Shown here: positions 9,730-18,714 of the stretch, piece after piece
How the letters are laid out: every line of letters starts with the position of its first letter
Numbering within the stretch: position 1 is the stretch's first letter
Assembly (NCBI GenBank): GCA_963666275.2
Contig: CAXXOA010000002.1
Location: 544,001 to 608,000, forward strand
Source: Oceanispirochaeta sp.
GTDB lineage: Bacteria; Spirochaetota; Spirochaetia; DSM-2461
DNA length: 64,000 nt
Reading direction: 5' to 3'
The notes under the pieces: generated by a model
The model's input: only the letters and a program-made list of their open reading frames with translations
What the model was told of the DNA's origin: nothing
Database searches by the model: none
Program-made: the position numbers and the translations under genes

Positions 9730-10482
9730 TCAGGAATCTTCCTTCAGTATAATCGGATTTCTGTAATCCCGCAGGTCTGTCAGAAATATTTGATCCACTC
9801 CGGGACATTCTCTCTTCAGTGTCCTGACCAGCTTTTCTGAATCTCCCGGGAGATTGTCCATTTTATTCAGGATCAGAGTTCTCTCCATCCCGTCTGCCGC
9901 GTCCTTGAAAAGCCCCAGGGGATGATTGATCAGACGGATCAGATGCTTTGTCTCTACAGGGCTGTTTTCTGCCAGTCCCAGTCTCTCCTGTGCCAGGGAA
10001 AAGCGGTGTATGGTCCGGGAGTTTCCCGGTGCATTCAGTATATCCAGACCGACCACCCCGATAACCCTGGTGCTGCAGGGGATGATCTGCGGTTCATGCT
10101 CTGCCGGGAGTTTCATGGGTTTTCCTGCTGCGCCGTCTGCTTCGGCAACTGTCAGGTCCGGCTGGAATTCCTCTATCCAATCCGCCAGAGATTCCGGCGG
10201 ATATCCCGAAACTTTCAGCAGATTTTTCTCTAGAATTTCCTTCCATGCCCCATAGAGGGGAAAATCCGCAGAGAACAATTTCAGATCTGTAAGGGGTCCT
10301 GTAAAAATTTCTCTGAAGGGATTGTCTTCTCTTCCGGGGGATCGCATCTTTGTGGTCGTGGTGAACAGGCTTTTCCCCCGGGATTCGGATGCCAGAGCGT
10401 AGAGAAGAGACGTCTTGCCTCCGCCTCCCACGATACTGCATACTTCGCCCCGTTTCAGATTGAGTGTTTCCGATAGATTCAT
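9730..10482 (-). CDS. yqeC: Selenium cofactor biosynthesis protein YqeC
   Basis: SIVGGGGKTS, TTTTKM, EADGA..KP.KLPAEHEP motifs; next to yqeB; start moved to ATG 10482. Confidence 0.88.
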   Translation of the reverse strand: MNLSETLNLKRGEVCSIVGGGGKTSLLYALASESRGKSLFTTTTKMRSPGREDNPFREIFTGPLTDLKLFSADFPLYGAWKEILEKNLLKVSGYPPESLADWIEEFQPDLTVAEADGAAGKPMKLPAEHEPQIIPCSTRVIGVVGLDILNAPGNSRTIHRFSLAQERLGLAENSPVETKHLIRLINHPLGLFKDAADGMERTLILNKMDNLPGDSEKLVRTLKRECPGVDQIFLTDLRDYRNPIILKEDS

Positions 10483-10590
10483 AGGCCATTTTAAGCCCGG
10501 TACGGCCTCTCTGCAATCCCTGCTCCCTCCGGGCACCCACTGGTCAGATCCTGACATTCTTTGTATCCTTTTCTCCGGGAGGATACAGCT

Positions 10591-11693
10591 ATGATTTATC
10601 GCAAATATGGAAAAACCGGAAAGGATGTTTCTGTTCTCGGATTCGGAGGAATGCGTTTCGGAGACATCGATGATACTGATAAAAGCGCCGCCTTGATGGT
10701 TCAGGCTGCCGAAGGGGGTGTGAATTATTTTGATACCGCACCCAAGTACTTCGGGACACGGAGCGAAGAGGTTTTCGGCCGGGGACTGGCAGAACTGAGA
10801 GCCAGAAACCTTCCCTATTATCTTTCGACAAAAACCTTCTGTTCCAAAGAGTATGATATCCGGACTGAAATTGAAGGCCAGCTCAGACGGCTGGATGTGG
10901 ATGCCATAGACTTCTATCATGTCTGGTGTGTGACCTCTCTGGATGACTGGCGCCGGAGAAAGAAAAACGAGGTGATCAGTACTTTCAGGAAACTGAAGGA
11001 AGAGGGCCTTATCAATCATATCTGTGTCTCCAGTCATCTGATCGGAGATGAAATCAAAGAACTGCTCATGGAAGGTGTTTTTGAAGGAGTCCTTTTCGGA
11101 TATTCGGCCTACAACTTTTCTACCAGACAGGCCGCTTTTGATGCGATCCGCAGTGAGAACCTGGGATGCGTCATCATGAATCCTCTGGAGGGGGCCTGAT
11201 TCCCAATAATCCGGAGGTTTTTGACTTTATCCGGAACCGGGTCGACGAAACTGTGGTCCAGGCAGCCCTGCGCTTTCTATTTGCCCATAAGGACATTTCC
11301 ACCGCTCTGGTCGGATTCAGTGATTCCAGTCAGGTTGCGGAAGCCCTGAGTGCCGTAGAGGGGTATCAGCCTCTTTCGGAAGCCAAACTGGAAGAGATGA
11401 AATCCCATGCCTCCTCCTCACTGGACGGCATATGCACGGGATGTCAGTACTGCGATAAATGTCCCCAGGGAATTCCCATCCCCCGGTATATGGAAACATA
11501 TAACCAGAAAATTCTGGGCAATGGAGAGGCGGATGTTCAAAGGAGAATGCAGATGCACTGGGGTATTACTCCCGAGCAGGCTTCCGATTGTATCGCCTGC
11601 GGCATCTGTGAAGAAGCCTGCACCCAGCACCTCCCCATCATTGAAAGGCTGGAAGAGATCAGTAAAATCAAACTGAAGGGAATCTCTCTTTAA
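10591..11693 (+). pseudogene. Aldo/keto reductase with C-terminal 4Fe-4S dicluster, split by a 1-nt frameshift near 11187 (pseudogene or sequencing error)
   Basis: 5' part has VSVLGFGGMRF and NYFDTA..Y; 3' part (frame of ORF 11166-11693) has CTGCQYC..CP and CIACGICEEAC; one extra G restores MNPLGGGLIP. Confidence 0.85.
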
Positions 11694-12240
11694 AATCCCT
11701 GTCCAGAGAGAAGAGATAAAGCTCCCGGATCGTTTCGGGGCTTTCTTCTCTCTCCCTCAGAAGTCTGTATAATTCCCTTTCATAAACCAGTTCTTCCCTG
11801 AGAGTTTCCTTCTCATTTTCAATATCAATAGGGTCTCCCTTCCCGCAACCCGGACAATCGGGATGGGGGGGTATAAAGGAGAAGCTGTCTCTACCTGTAT
11901 CAAGGTCTACCTCTCTGGCCAGGGGGGCCAGTTTGCATACAAGAGGTTTATGATCCGGGTGGAGAGAACAGAGCCCCCGGAGTCCCAGTTCTTCGCTAAA
12001 ATCGTTCATGAGAAAAGGGCAGAAGGGAAATGGATAGGATTTAAAGCGAATTTTGGGAAGCTGAAGATCATTCTGCCCGTCCGCCCATTCCACAAGCCCC
12101 TTCTGAAAGAGCTCTTCCGTATGGTTCAGTTTGTAAAACCGGCCTATTTTATACAGATCGTATGTGTTGAGAAATACCCGCATGGAGCCGCTGCAGCACT
12201 CCCCGCAGAGGGTACAGGAAAAAGGGGTGTCTACTTTCAT
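11668..12240 (-). CDS. YkgJ-family cysteine-cluster (Fe-S/Zn) protein
   Basis: FSCTLCGECC, CPFL, CSLH..KPLVCKLAP, CPGC. Confidence 0.85.
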   Translation of the reverse strand: MKVDTPFSCTLCGECCSGSMRVFLNTYDLYKIGRFYKLNHTEELFQKGLVEWADGQNDLQLPKIRFKSYPFPFCPFLMNDFSEELGLRGLCSLHPDHKPLVCKLAPLAREVDLDTGRDSFSFIPPHPDCPGCGKGDPIDIENEKETLREELVYERELYRLLREREESPETIRELYLFSLDRDFKERFPSV

Positions 12241-13016
12241 GGAGCGGGACAGACCGCCAGGCTGTAGAGATTTCCTTTTTTATCAATCCACCGGGAGAGG
12301 ATATAGGCGCTTCCTATAGACCCCGCTGAAGTTTCCACCATCCGGGAGCGGGATGATGAGGCGGTCTGGGACTGCCAGTCGCTCTGGGTAATATCCATGG
12401 AACCGTTTCTCTGTTCCAGAAGGGTCGCAAGGGCGTTTTTGTCTGCCTGCTGCAGTGTCCGGGAGAGGAAGCGGCTGGGACCGGTAAAACCGACAGCAAC
12501 CTGATAGCCAGGAATTTTCACTGAACTGAAAATCCAGTCCGGCTCTTTGTTTTTGTAGCCCGGCTGATAGGGCAAAGAGAATGTGCTTGTTCCCGAGTAG
12601 GAGAAGATGGCCGCGGTCAGCTTCTCAGTCTGAATCTGATCTTCCAGCGTCAGGTCTTCCACCAGGGCTATGGCCCGGTCGTTATTGAAAGCGATGCCTG
12701 TGGCCTCCTTTTTGGCCGTTCCCCTGACGCTTTCATCCGTACGGGTATAGGACACGCCATTGATCTGGAAATACCGTGAAAGCTGCCGGGCTGCTTCCTC
12801 CCGGCACAGTTCCAGTTCTCTGTCTCTGAACTGCTGTCTGGTGGAGATGGTGAAGAAAAAGAGCTTCCCCTCCCGGGGAGTCAGGTCAAACATCATGGAG
12901 GATATCTTTTCCATCTGGAGGGTTTCCGGATCTTCCTGCGGTTCTTTCTGTGATGAACGGCAGCCTGTGATCAGCAGGGCTCCTGCAAGAAGGGACATCA
13001 GCAATATCTTTTTCAT
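12237..13016 (-). CDS. Lipoprotein, LPP20-like, function unknown
   Basis: Signal peptide with lipobox LITGC; PDWI and AVG..A.KNAL patterns resemble spirochaetal LPP20-like proteins. Confidence 0.65.
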   Translation of the reverse strand: MKKILLMSLLAGALLITGCRSSQKEPQEDPETLQMEKISSMMFDLTPREGKLFFFTISTRQQFRDRELELCREEAARQLSRYFQINGVSYTRTDESVRGTAKKEATGIAFNNDRAIALVEDLTLEDQIQTEKLTAAIFSYSGTSTFSLPYQPGYKNKEPDWIFSSVKIPGYQVAVGFTGPSRFLSRTLQQADKNALATLLEQRNGSMDITQSDWQSQTASSSRSRMVETSAGSIGSAYILSRWIDKKGNLYSLAVCPAP

Positions 13017-13299
13017 GACTCTACATCTCCGACTCCCGAGGCGTGCTCCCCTCAGGTCTATAGGATTATTCTAATCTGTTTCAGGCAACAGGATGCTTGA
13101 AAAATCAGTAATCGTCCAGCCGGTACGGGGCGGGAGTTCTCTATTTTTCTGAAATAATATTTCCCTGCACAGAGAAATCCGTCAGAAGTTGAGGATTTCC
13201 CGGGAGAATGAAAATTCCGTCCTGTTCTATTCGAAAGGTTTCAGGTATACACTATAGGCTGTTTTCCTTAAAACATCTTATCAGACTCTGGAGGAAGGA

Positions 13300-13506
13300 A
13301 TGGAACATAACTGGCGCTGCCCCAAGTGCGGAAATATGAGCTATGAAACAGATCAGTTTGCGGCAACCGGAGGGGGTTTTTCAAAAATCTTCGATGTGCA
13401 GAACAAAAAATTCACGACCGTTACCTGTACACAATGCAGATTCACTGAGCTTTATAAAGCGGAAACAAGCTCTCTCGGAAATATTTTTGACTTTTTCATA
13501 AATTAG
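13300..13506 (+). CDS. Small zinc-ribbon, putative nucleic-acid-binding protein
   Basis: CPKC...CTQC with conserved ATGGGFSKIFDVQNKKF; strong RBS GGAGGAAGG. Confidence 0.85.
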   Translation: MEHNWRCPKCGNMSYETDQFAATGGGFSKIFDVQNKKFTTVTCTQCRFTELYKAETSSLGNIFDFFIN

Positions 13507-13548
13507 GAGTCCCAGTCCTGAAATGGGGGGAAATCCTTTCAGGAAGGA

Positions 13549-14274
13549 CTAGAAATACTTTTCTTCTATGAGAGAGAAGACTTTATCCGTATAAAGGGCC
13601 AGCATGGCCGAGATAAAGGCTCCTGTAAAAATATAGGCCAGGTTGTTGTGAATAATTCCGGCCATAAGGATCCGGCCGAGCCCTCCTGCTCCTGTGACAG
13701 CTCCGATGGTTGCAGTTCCGATATTGATAACCGTACTGGTCCGGATACCGGCAATGATGACCTTGCCGGCCAGGGGGATCTCGGTTTTGAACAGGACCTG
13801 CAGTGGCGTCATGCCCATCCCCAGAGAGGCTTCTGTCAGATCCGGGTGGACCCCTTCGATCCCTGAGATTGTATTGTTGATGACGGGGAAAATGCTGTAG
13901 ACAAAGAGAGCAAAAACAACGGGTTTGAATCCGAAGCCCGCAATGGGAACCGCCAGGGCCAGCACGGCGGAGGGCGGGAAGGTTTGGGCCATAGAGGCCA
14001 GGGACCTCAGAAGAGGATAGTACACCCGCCCGGACGGCCTTGTGACAAATAGACCCAGAAGTATTCCGATTACCGATGCGGAAGCTCCCGAGAGGAAAAC
14101 CATAAGGAGATGATCTCCCATCAGACGGGGAAGAGAGGACCGTTCATAGAGAAGATTTGCTTCAGATGTAAAAAAAATTTTCAGTACAGATTCCCGGAAT
14201 ACTGGAAAAAAGGCGTAGGAGAGGAAAAAGACAAGAGAGAGTACAAAGAGAGAAATGGATAGCTTTTTCTTCAA
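13549..14274 (-). CDS. yehW: Osmoprotectant ABC transporter permease, YehW-like
   Basis: QTFPP.AVLALAVP, EAA loop EASLGMGMT, GAGGLG. Confidence 0.85.
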   Translation of the reverse strand: MKKKLSISLFVLSLVFFLSYAFFPVFRESVLKIFFTSEANLLYERSSLPRLMGDHLLMVFLSGASASVIGILLGLFVTRPSGRVYYPLLRSLASMAQTFPPSAVLALAVPIAGFGFKPVVFALFVYSIFPVINNTISGIEGVHPDLTEASLGMGMTPLQVLFKTEIPLAGKVIIAGIRTSTVINIGTATIGAVTGAGGLGRILMAGIIHNNLAYIFTGAFISAMLALYTDKVFSLIEEKYF

Positions 14275-15230
14275 TTCGCAAGCTCCTTTTCCCTGATAAA
14301 GAGCTGCAGTATGGCTTTGAGTGTGATCCTGCCGACGGGGGCACTCCGACTGTCTTTTTTTACAGCAAGAGTATCAACACCCTCTCCCAGCATCAGGGAA
14401 AGAACCCCCTTGAGACTGTCTTCCGGCCTGACCGACTGCGAAATCTCCGGATCCGGAATCTGTGATTCCATCGCATAGGCCACATTGTAATAGGCCAGGA
14501 GCTTCAGGGCTTTCTGTTCCCCGATGAACTTCTTTACAAACAGGGAGGCGGGATGGAGAAGAATTTCAGGAGTCCTGTCGTACTGACGGATCTCTCCCTT
14601 TTCCATTATGGCTATCCTGTCTGCCAGGTTGACCGCTTCATCCAGATCGTGGGTGACAAAAATGACGCTCTTTTTCAGCTCCTTCTGCAGGGAGAGGAAC
14701 TCTTTCTGAAGCTGAAGCCGGTTCAGAGGGTCGACAGCTCCGAAGGGTTCGTCCATCAGCAGAACCGGAGGATCCGCCGCCAGGGCTCTGGCCACCCCGA
14801 TCCTCTGGGCTTCTCCCCCTGAAAGCTGGTGAGGAAACTTGTTCCTGTATTTACCAGAGGGGAGGCCTACCATTTCCAGAAGCTCCTCGGCCCTACGGGA
14901 GAGCCCTGATTCCTCCCACTTGAGAAGACGGGGAACCAGAAGGATATTCTGCTCCACAGTCAGATGGGGCAGAAGGCCAATGCTTTGAATCACATAACCC
15001 ATACCCCTGCGGAGTTTTTCCGGAGCCATGGATCGTATATCTTTTCCCTTCAGGAGAATTCTGCCCCTGTCGGGAGAGATCAGCCGGTTAATCAGTCTGA
15101 GGGTGGTGGATTTACCACAGCCCGAGGGGCCCAGGAGCACACAGACTTCTCCCTCCTGAATCTCCAGGGAGATCTCTTTCAGTGCCTGGTGTTCGCCATA
15201 CCATTTGGAAACATTTTCAAGTTTTATCAT
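14271..15230 (-). CDS. yehX: Osmoprotectant ABC transporter ATP-binding subunit, YehX-like
   Basis: GPSGCGKST, LSGGE, LLMDEPFGAVD, VTHD. Confidence 0.9.
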   Translation of the reverse strand: MIKLENVSKWYGEHQALKEISLEIQEGEVCVLLGPSGCGKSTTLRLINRLISPDRGRILLKGKDIRSMAPEKLRRGMGYVIQSIGLLPHLTVEQNILLVPRLLKWEESGLSRRAEELLEMVGLPSGKYRNKFPHQLSGGEAQRIGVARALAADPPVLLMDEPFGAVDPLNRLQLQKEFLSLQKELKKSVIFVTHDLDEAVNLADRIAIMEKGEIRQYDRTPEILLHPASLFVKKFIGEQKALKLLAYYNVAYAMESQIPDPEISQSVRPEDSLKGVLSLMLGEGVDTLAVKKDSRSAPVGRITLKAILQLFIREKELAN

Positions 15231-16356
15231 ACAGTTCCTCCAGTCCAGCAGGAGTTATCCGGCGGATCAGGATTTCAAGGAGCTTATCAATCAGAAGAAC
15301 AAGAAGGATGATGGGGATCACACCCATAATGATCATGTCCACGGCAGCCTGTTCCAGCCCTCTGAACACAAAATACCCCAGTCCTCCCGCACCGATAAGG
15401 GCGGCAACGGTGGTATTCCCTGTTGTTTGAACCAGTGAAACTCGGATCCCGCTCAGGATCAGAGGAATCGACAGGGGAAACTCCACTTTCCAGAAGAGCT
15501 GCCGGGGAGTCATGCCCATTCCCTTGCCTGCGTCCAGTGTATTCCTGTCGAGGATTTTCAGGCTGGTATAGGTGTTTCTTACAATGGGCAGAAGCGCATA
15601 GAGAGTCAGGGCAATCAGAGCAGGAGTCCGTCCGACTCCTCTCAGGCCCATTTCCCGCAGAACAGGATACTCCCGGGACAGATAGGCCAGAGGAGCAATC
15701 AGAAGTCCGAAGAGAGCCAGAGAGGGGATTGTCTGCATGGCATTCACAAAAGTGAAGACCGGAGGGGAGAAAGAGGACTTCTTCCAGGCAAGGATTCCCG
15801 CGGGGACTCCCAGAATAACCGCTCCGCCCACAGCTCTGAGGGCCAGAGTGAGATGATTGATCAGCTCCGAATAGAATCGGGATTCCACATTTCTGAATTC
15901 CCGTATAAAACCGAATCCCTCCATATATCCCAACTGGAAAAGGAGGACAATGAGCAGTACAGGGAGCAGATTTATCACACCCTTCCGATAGTTCATCAAG
16001 GCAAAAGAGGAGGCCAGAAAAAACCAGAATCCCCCGGAAAGGGAGATACTGCCATAGGGATAGGCCTCCAGGCCGAGAGAGGTCTGAAGAGAGACGGCTC
16101 CCGGGATGAGGAGAAGATACAGCAGAAAGCCATGAACCCAGAGAATTCCGGCATTTTTCCTCCGACCAGACAACAGGGCTGCCAGGAGCAGCAGCGCTGG
16201 CAGAAAAGGGTATAATCCTGGAAACGCCTCCGGAAGAGAGAAAAGCCGGGGATCGACAACCCGGTTCTCCTTCAGTCCCGCAAAGGGAAGGAAAAACGCT
16301 GCCCCCCCCAGGATGACTCCGGGGAGAGACGCTTTATTTATCATCCTGAAAAACAT
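15217..16356 (-). CDS. yehY: Osmoprotectant ABC transporter permease, YehY-like
   Basis: Extra N-terminal TM region, QTIPSLALFGLL, EAA loop DAGKGMGMT. Confidence 0.85.
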   Translation of the reverse strand: MFFRMINKASLPGVILGGAAFFLPFAGLKENRVVDPRLFSLPEAFPGLYPFLPALLLLAALLSGRRKNAGILWVHGFLLYLLLIPGAVSLQTSLGLEAYPYGSISLSGGFWFFLASSFALMNYRKGVINLLPVLLIVLLFQLGYMEGFGFIREFRNVESRFYSELINHLTLALRAVGGAVILGVPAGILAWKKSSFSPPVFTFVNAMQTIPSLALFGLLIAPLAYLSREYPVLREMGLRGVGRTPALIALTLYALLPIVRNTYTSLKILDRNTLDAGKGMGMTPRQLFWKVEFPLSIPLILSGIRVSLVQTTGNTTVAALIGAGGLGYFVFRGLEQAAVDMIIMGVIPIILLVLLIDKLLEILIRRITPAGLEELYDKT

Positions 16357-16361
16357 CTAAA

Positions 16362-17300
16362 TTAAAGAAACCCCTTTGATCTCAGATACTCCTCCGCTAC
16401 TTCTTCGGGGGATCTACCTTCAACCGCAATGGCGGAATTCAGCCTCTGCAGGGTTTTAAGATCCAGTGTGGAGAAGACCTTCCCCAGTAATTCTTCAATT
16501 TCGGGATTGGCCATAAGGACTTCCTCCCTTATGATCGGAGCCGGTTCATATACGGGCTGAACTCTCAGGGAATCAGTGAGAACCACTAAACCCAGTGCGG
16601 CAAGCTGCCCGTCTGTACCGTAGGCCATGGCGGCATTGACCCCATCGGTGCCTCTCGCTGCGGCCTGTTCGGTCTGGGCTGTATTGCCCCCCGACAGAAC
16701 CAGCATCTGCTCTTCGGATAGATCAAAACCGTAGGCTTCTTCAAACGCTGGCAGGGCGTCGGGTCTGGATATGAACTCTTCCGAACCGGCCAATTTAAAT
16801 TCTCCTCCCGCATTCAGGTAGTCTGCCAGATCTTCCAGGGTCTCAAGTCCTTCTCTTTCTGCCAGATCCTCCCGGACACAGACAGCCCAGGTATTATTGG
16901 CCGGAGCCGGTGTCAGCCAGACCAGCCTGTTTTCATCATAGTCCAGCTTTTTGACAGCTACATAGCCTTTCTGAGGATCCTTCCAGTCTTCCGACCCGGC
17001 AAGGTCGAAAAAGAAGGCTCCGTTCCCTGTGTATTCAGGATAAATATCAATCTCCCCGTTGATAATGGCCCGCCGGGTCACATCGGTAGGACCGAAAATC
17101 GTATTGTCGATTGTCTGAAATCCTGCCTCTTCCAGGATCAGGAGTATCATACTTCCCAGGAGGGAGCCTTCGGTATCAATTTTCGAAGCCACACGGATTT
17201 CCGGCTTCATCTCTGTTTGAATCCTGTCGTTCTGTCCTCCTGAAAAGAGGGAAGAGAGGCTGAAAAACAGAACGAAAATATATGAGAGATTTTTTTTCAT
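16362..17300 (-). CDS. osmF: Osmoprotectant ABC transporter substrate-binding protein (OsmF/YehZ)
   Basis: VASKIDTEG, IDIYPEYTGNG, PANNTWA, AMAYGTDG, VQPVYEPAP; spirochaete-type signal peptide. Confidence 0.9.
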   Translation of the reverse strand: MKKNLSYIFVLFFSLSSLFSGGQNDRIQTEMKPEIRVASKIDTEGSLLGSMILLILEEAGFQTIDNTIFGPTDVTRRAIINGEIDIYPEYTGNGAFFFDLAGSEDWKDPQKGYVAVKKLDYDENRLVWLTPAPANNTWAVCVREDLAEREGLETLEDLADYLNAGGEFKLAGSEEFISRPDALPAFEEAYGFDLSEEQMLVLSGGNTAQTEQAAARGTDGVNAAMAYGTDGQLAALGLVVLTDSLRVQPVYEPAPIIREEVLMANPEIEELLGKVFSTLDLKTLQRLNSAIAVEGRSPEEVAEEYLRSKGFL

Positions 17301-17468
17301 AAGGAACTCCTTCCTTTAGGAGTATAGGGGGAGGAGGCGGGGTAACGCAAAAATGTTTCCCAAAAAAATGGGATATAGAGAATTTACTAGGTCAGATCTG
17401 AGAACTTAAATAGCCCCGGAGACCTCGTTCCTCTTGCATATGCTGGAAATATTCATAGGATAGGGCAG

Positions 17469-18713
17469 ATGGAAGGGAAAAACGACAGATATGATTTGGC
17501 AGTGATCGGAGCAGGTCCTGCAGGACTGGCCGCGGCCTGTTTTGCTGCCCGGGCGGGATTGAAGGTCTGCCTTATTGAAAAAAATGCCCAGCCCGGAAAG
17601 AAGCTCCTAATGGCGGGTTCGGGCCAGTGCAACCTCACACAGAGTGGTGAGATCCGGGATTTCTTCTCCCATTACGGAAAAGCCTCCCGGTTTATCTCAT
17701 CTTCTCTTCTGAACTGGACTAACAGGCAGCTGCGTGATTTTTTCACATCCCTGAATGTGGAGACCGAAGACCGGGGAGACGGGAAAATATTTCCTGTCTC
17801 CCGGAAAAGCCGGGATGTGCAGGATGCCCTTGTAAACGAGTGCAGAAAAGCGGGCGTTCGTATCTATTACAAGAATCAGGTTCTGGGACTCTCTCTTAAA
17901 GAGGGGCTTTTTAAGATCCGGAAACAGGATAAAGAGAGCCTCGTCTCCCGGTTTGTCATGATTTCCACAGGCGGGCTGTCCTACCCCTCCACAGGCTCCA
18001 CTGGGGACGGATATGATCTGGCTCAGAGTCTGGGACACTCGATTATACCCCCGTTTCCCGTTCTTTCCCCTGTATTCCTCCGGGAAAATCCCTTTGTAAG
18101 CTGTTCGGGAATTTCCTTCCCCTCACAAATCCAGATCTTCCGGGAGGGAAAAAAAGCCGCAGAATACCGGGGAGACCTCCTTCTGACCCACAAAGGCCTT
18201 TCCGGACCGGTCATTCTGAACAACAGCCGGAATCTCCGGCAGGGAGACTCTCTGAAAATACGGATATCCCCCCGGGAGGGGCGATCAGATTTCGAATCAA
18301 GGCTAATTGCCGCGGCCGGGACGAATGGAAAAATGAGCCTTAAAAGGTTTGTCTGTGAGGAGGGCATTCCGGAAAAACTGGTTCTTCTTGTTTTTCAGAT
18401 CTGCGGAATCAAAACAGATCTGACTCTTGCCCAGCTGAACAAACCCGGCCGGAAAAGCCTGCTGGATCATCTTTTCGCATTTCCCGTAGTGATTCAGTCC
18501 GTGGGGGGATTCAATATCGCCATGGCCACAGGGGGAGGAATTGATCTGAAGGAAGTGAATCCCAAAACAATGGAATCCAGAATCTGCGAGGGGCTGTTCT
18601 TTACCGGAGAAGTTCTGGATGTGGACGGAGACACCGGCGGCTACAATCTTCAGTTTGCCTTTTCTTCAGCCAGACTGGCTGCCGATGCCCTGATCAGGAA
18701 GGGATCTTCCTGA
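17469..18713 (+). CDS. HI0933/BaiN-family NAD(P)/FAD-dependent flavoprotein
   Basis: GAGPAG, GKKLL.AGSGQCNLT, TGG.SYP.TGSTGDG, GEVLDVDGDTGGYNLQ.AFSS. Confidence 0.92.
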   Translation: MEGKNDRYDLAVIGAGPAGLAAACFAARAGLKVCLIEKNAQPGKKLLMAGSGQCNLTQSGEIRDFFSHYGKASRFISSSLLNWTNRQLRDFFTSLNVETEDRGDGKIFPVSRKSRDVQDALVNECRKAGVRIYYKNQVLGLSLKEGLFKIRKQDKESLVSRFVMISTGGLSYPSTGSTGDGYDLAQSLGHSIIPPFPVLSPVFLRENPFVSCSGISFPSQIQIFREGKKAAEYRGDLLLTHKGLSGPVILNNSRNLRQGDSLKIRISPREGRSDFESRLIAAAGTNGKMSLKRFVCEEGIPEKLVLLVFQICGIKTDLTLAQLNKPGRKSLLDHLFAFPVVIQSVGGFNIAMATGGGIDLKEVNPKTMESRICEGLFFTGEVLDVDGDTGGYNLQFAFSSARLAADALIRKGSS

Positions 18714-18714
18714 T

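Noticed and set aside
10483..11037. N-terminal extension of yqeC (435-aa ORF)
   Set aside because: Antisense to the aldo/keto reductase gene; YqeC similarity starts at 10482
11197..11199. TGA as a possible selenocysteine codon, given nearby selenium genes
   Set aside because: The downstream domain continues in another frame, so this is a frameshift and not readthrough
13017..13299. Long intergenic region as a possible riboswitch or sRNA
   Set aside because: No recognisable family motif or strong structure; divergent promoters are a sufficient explanation
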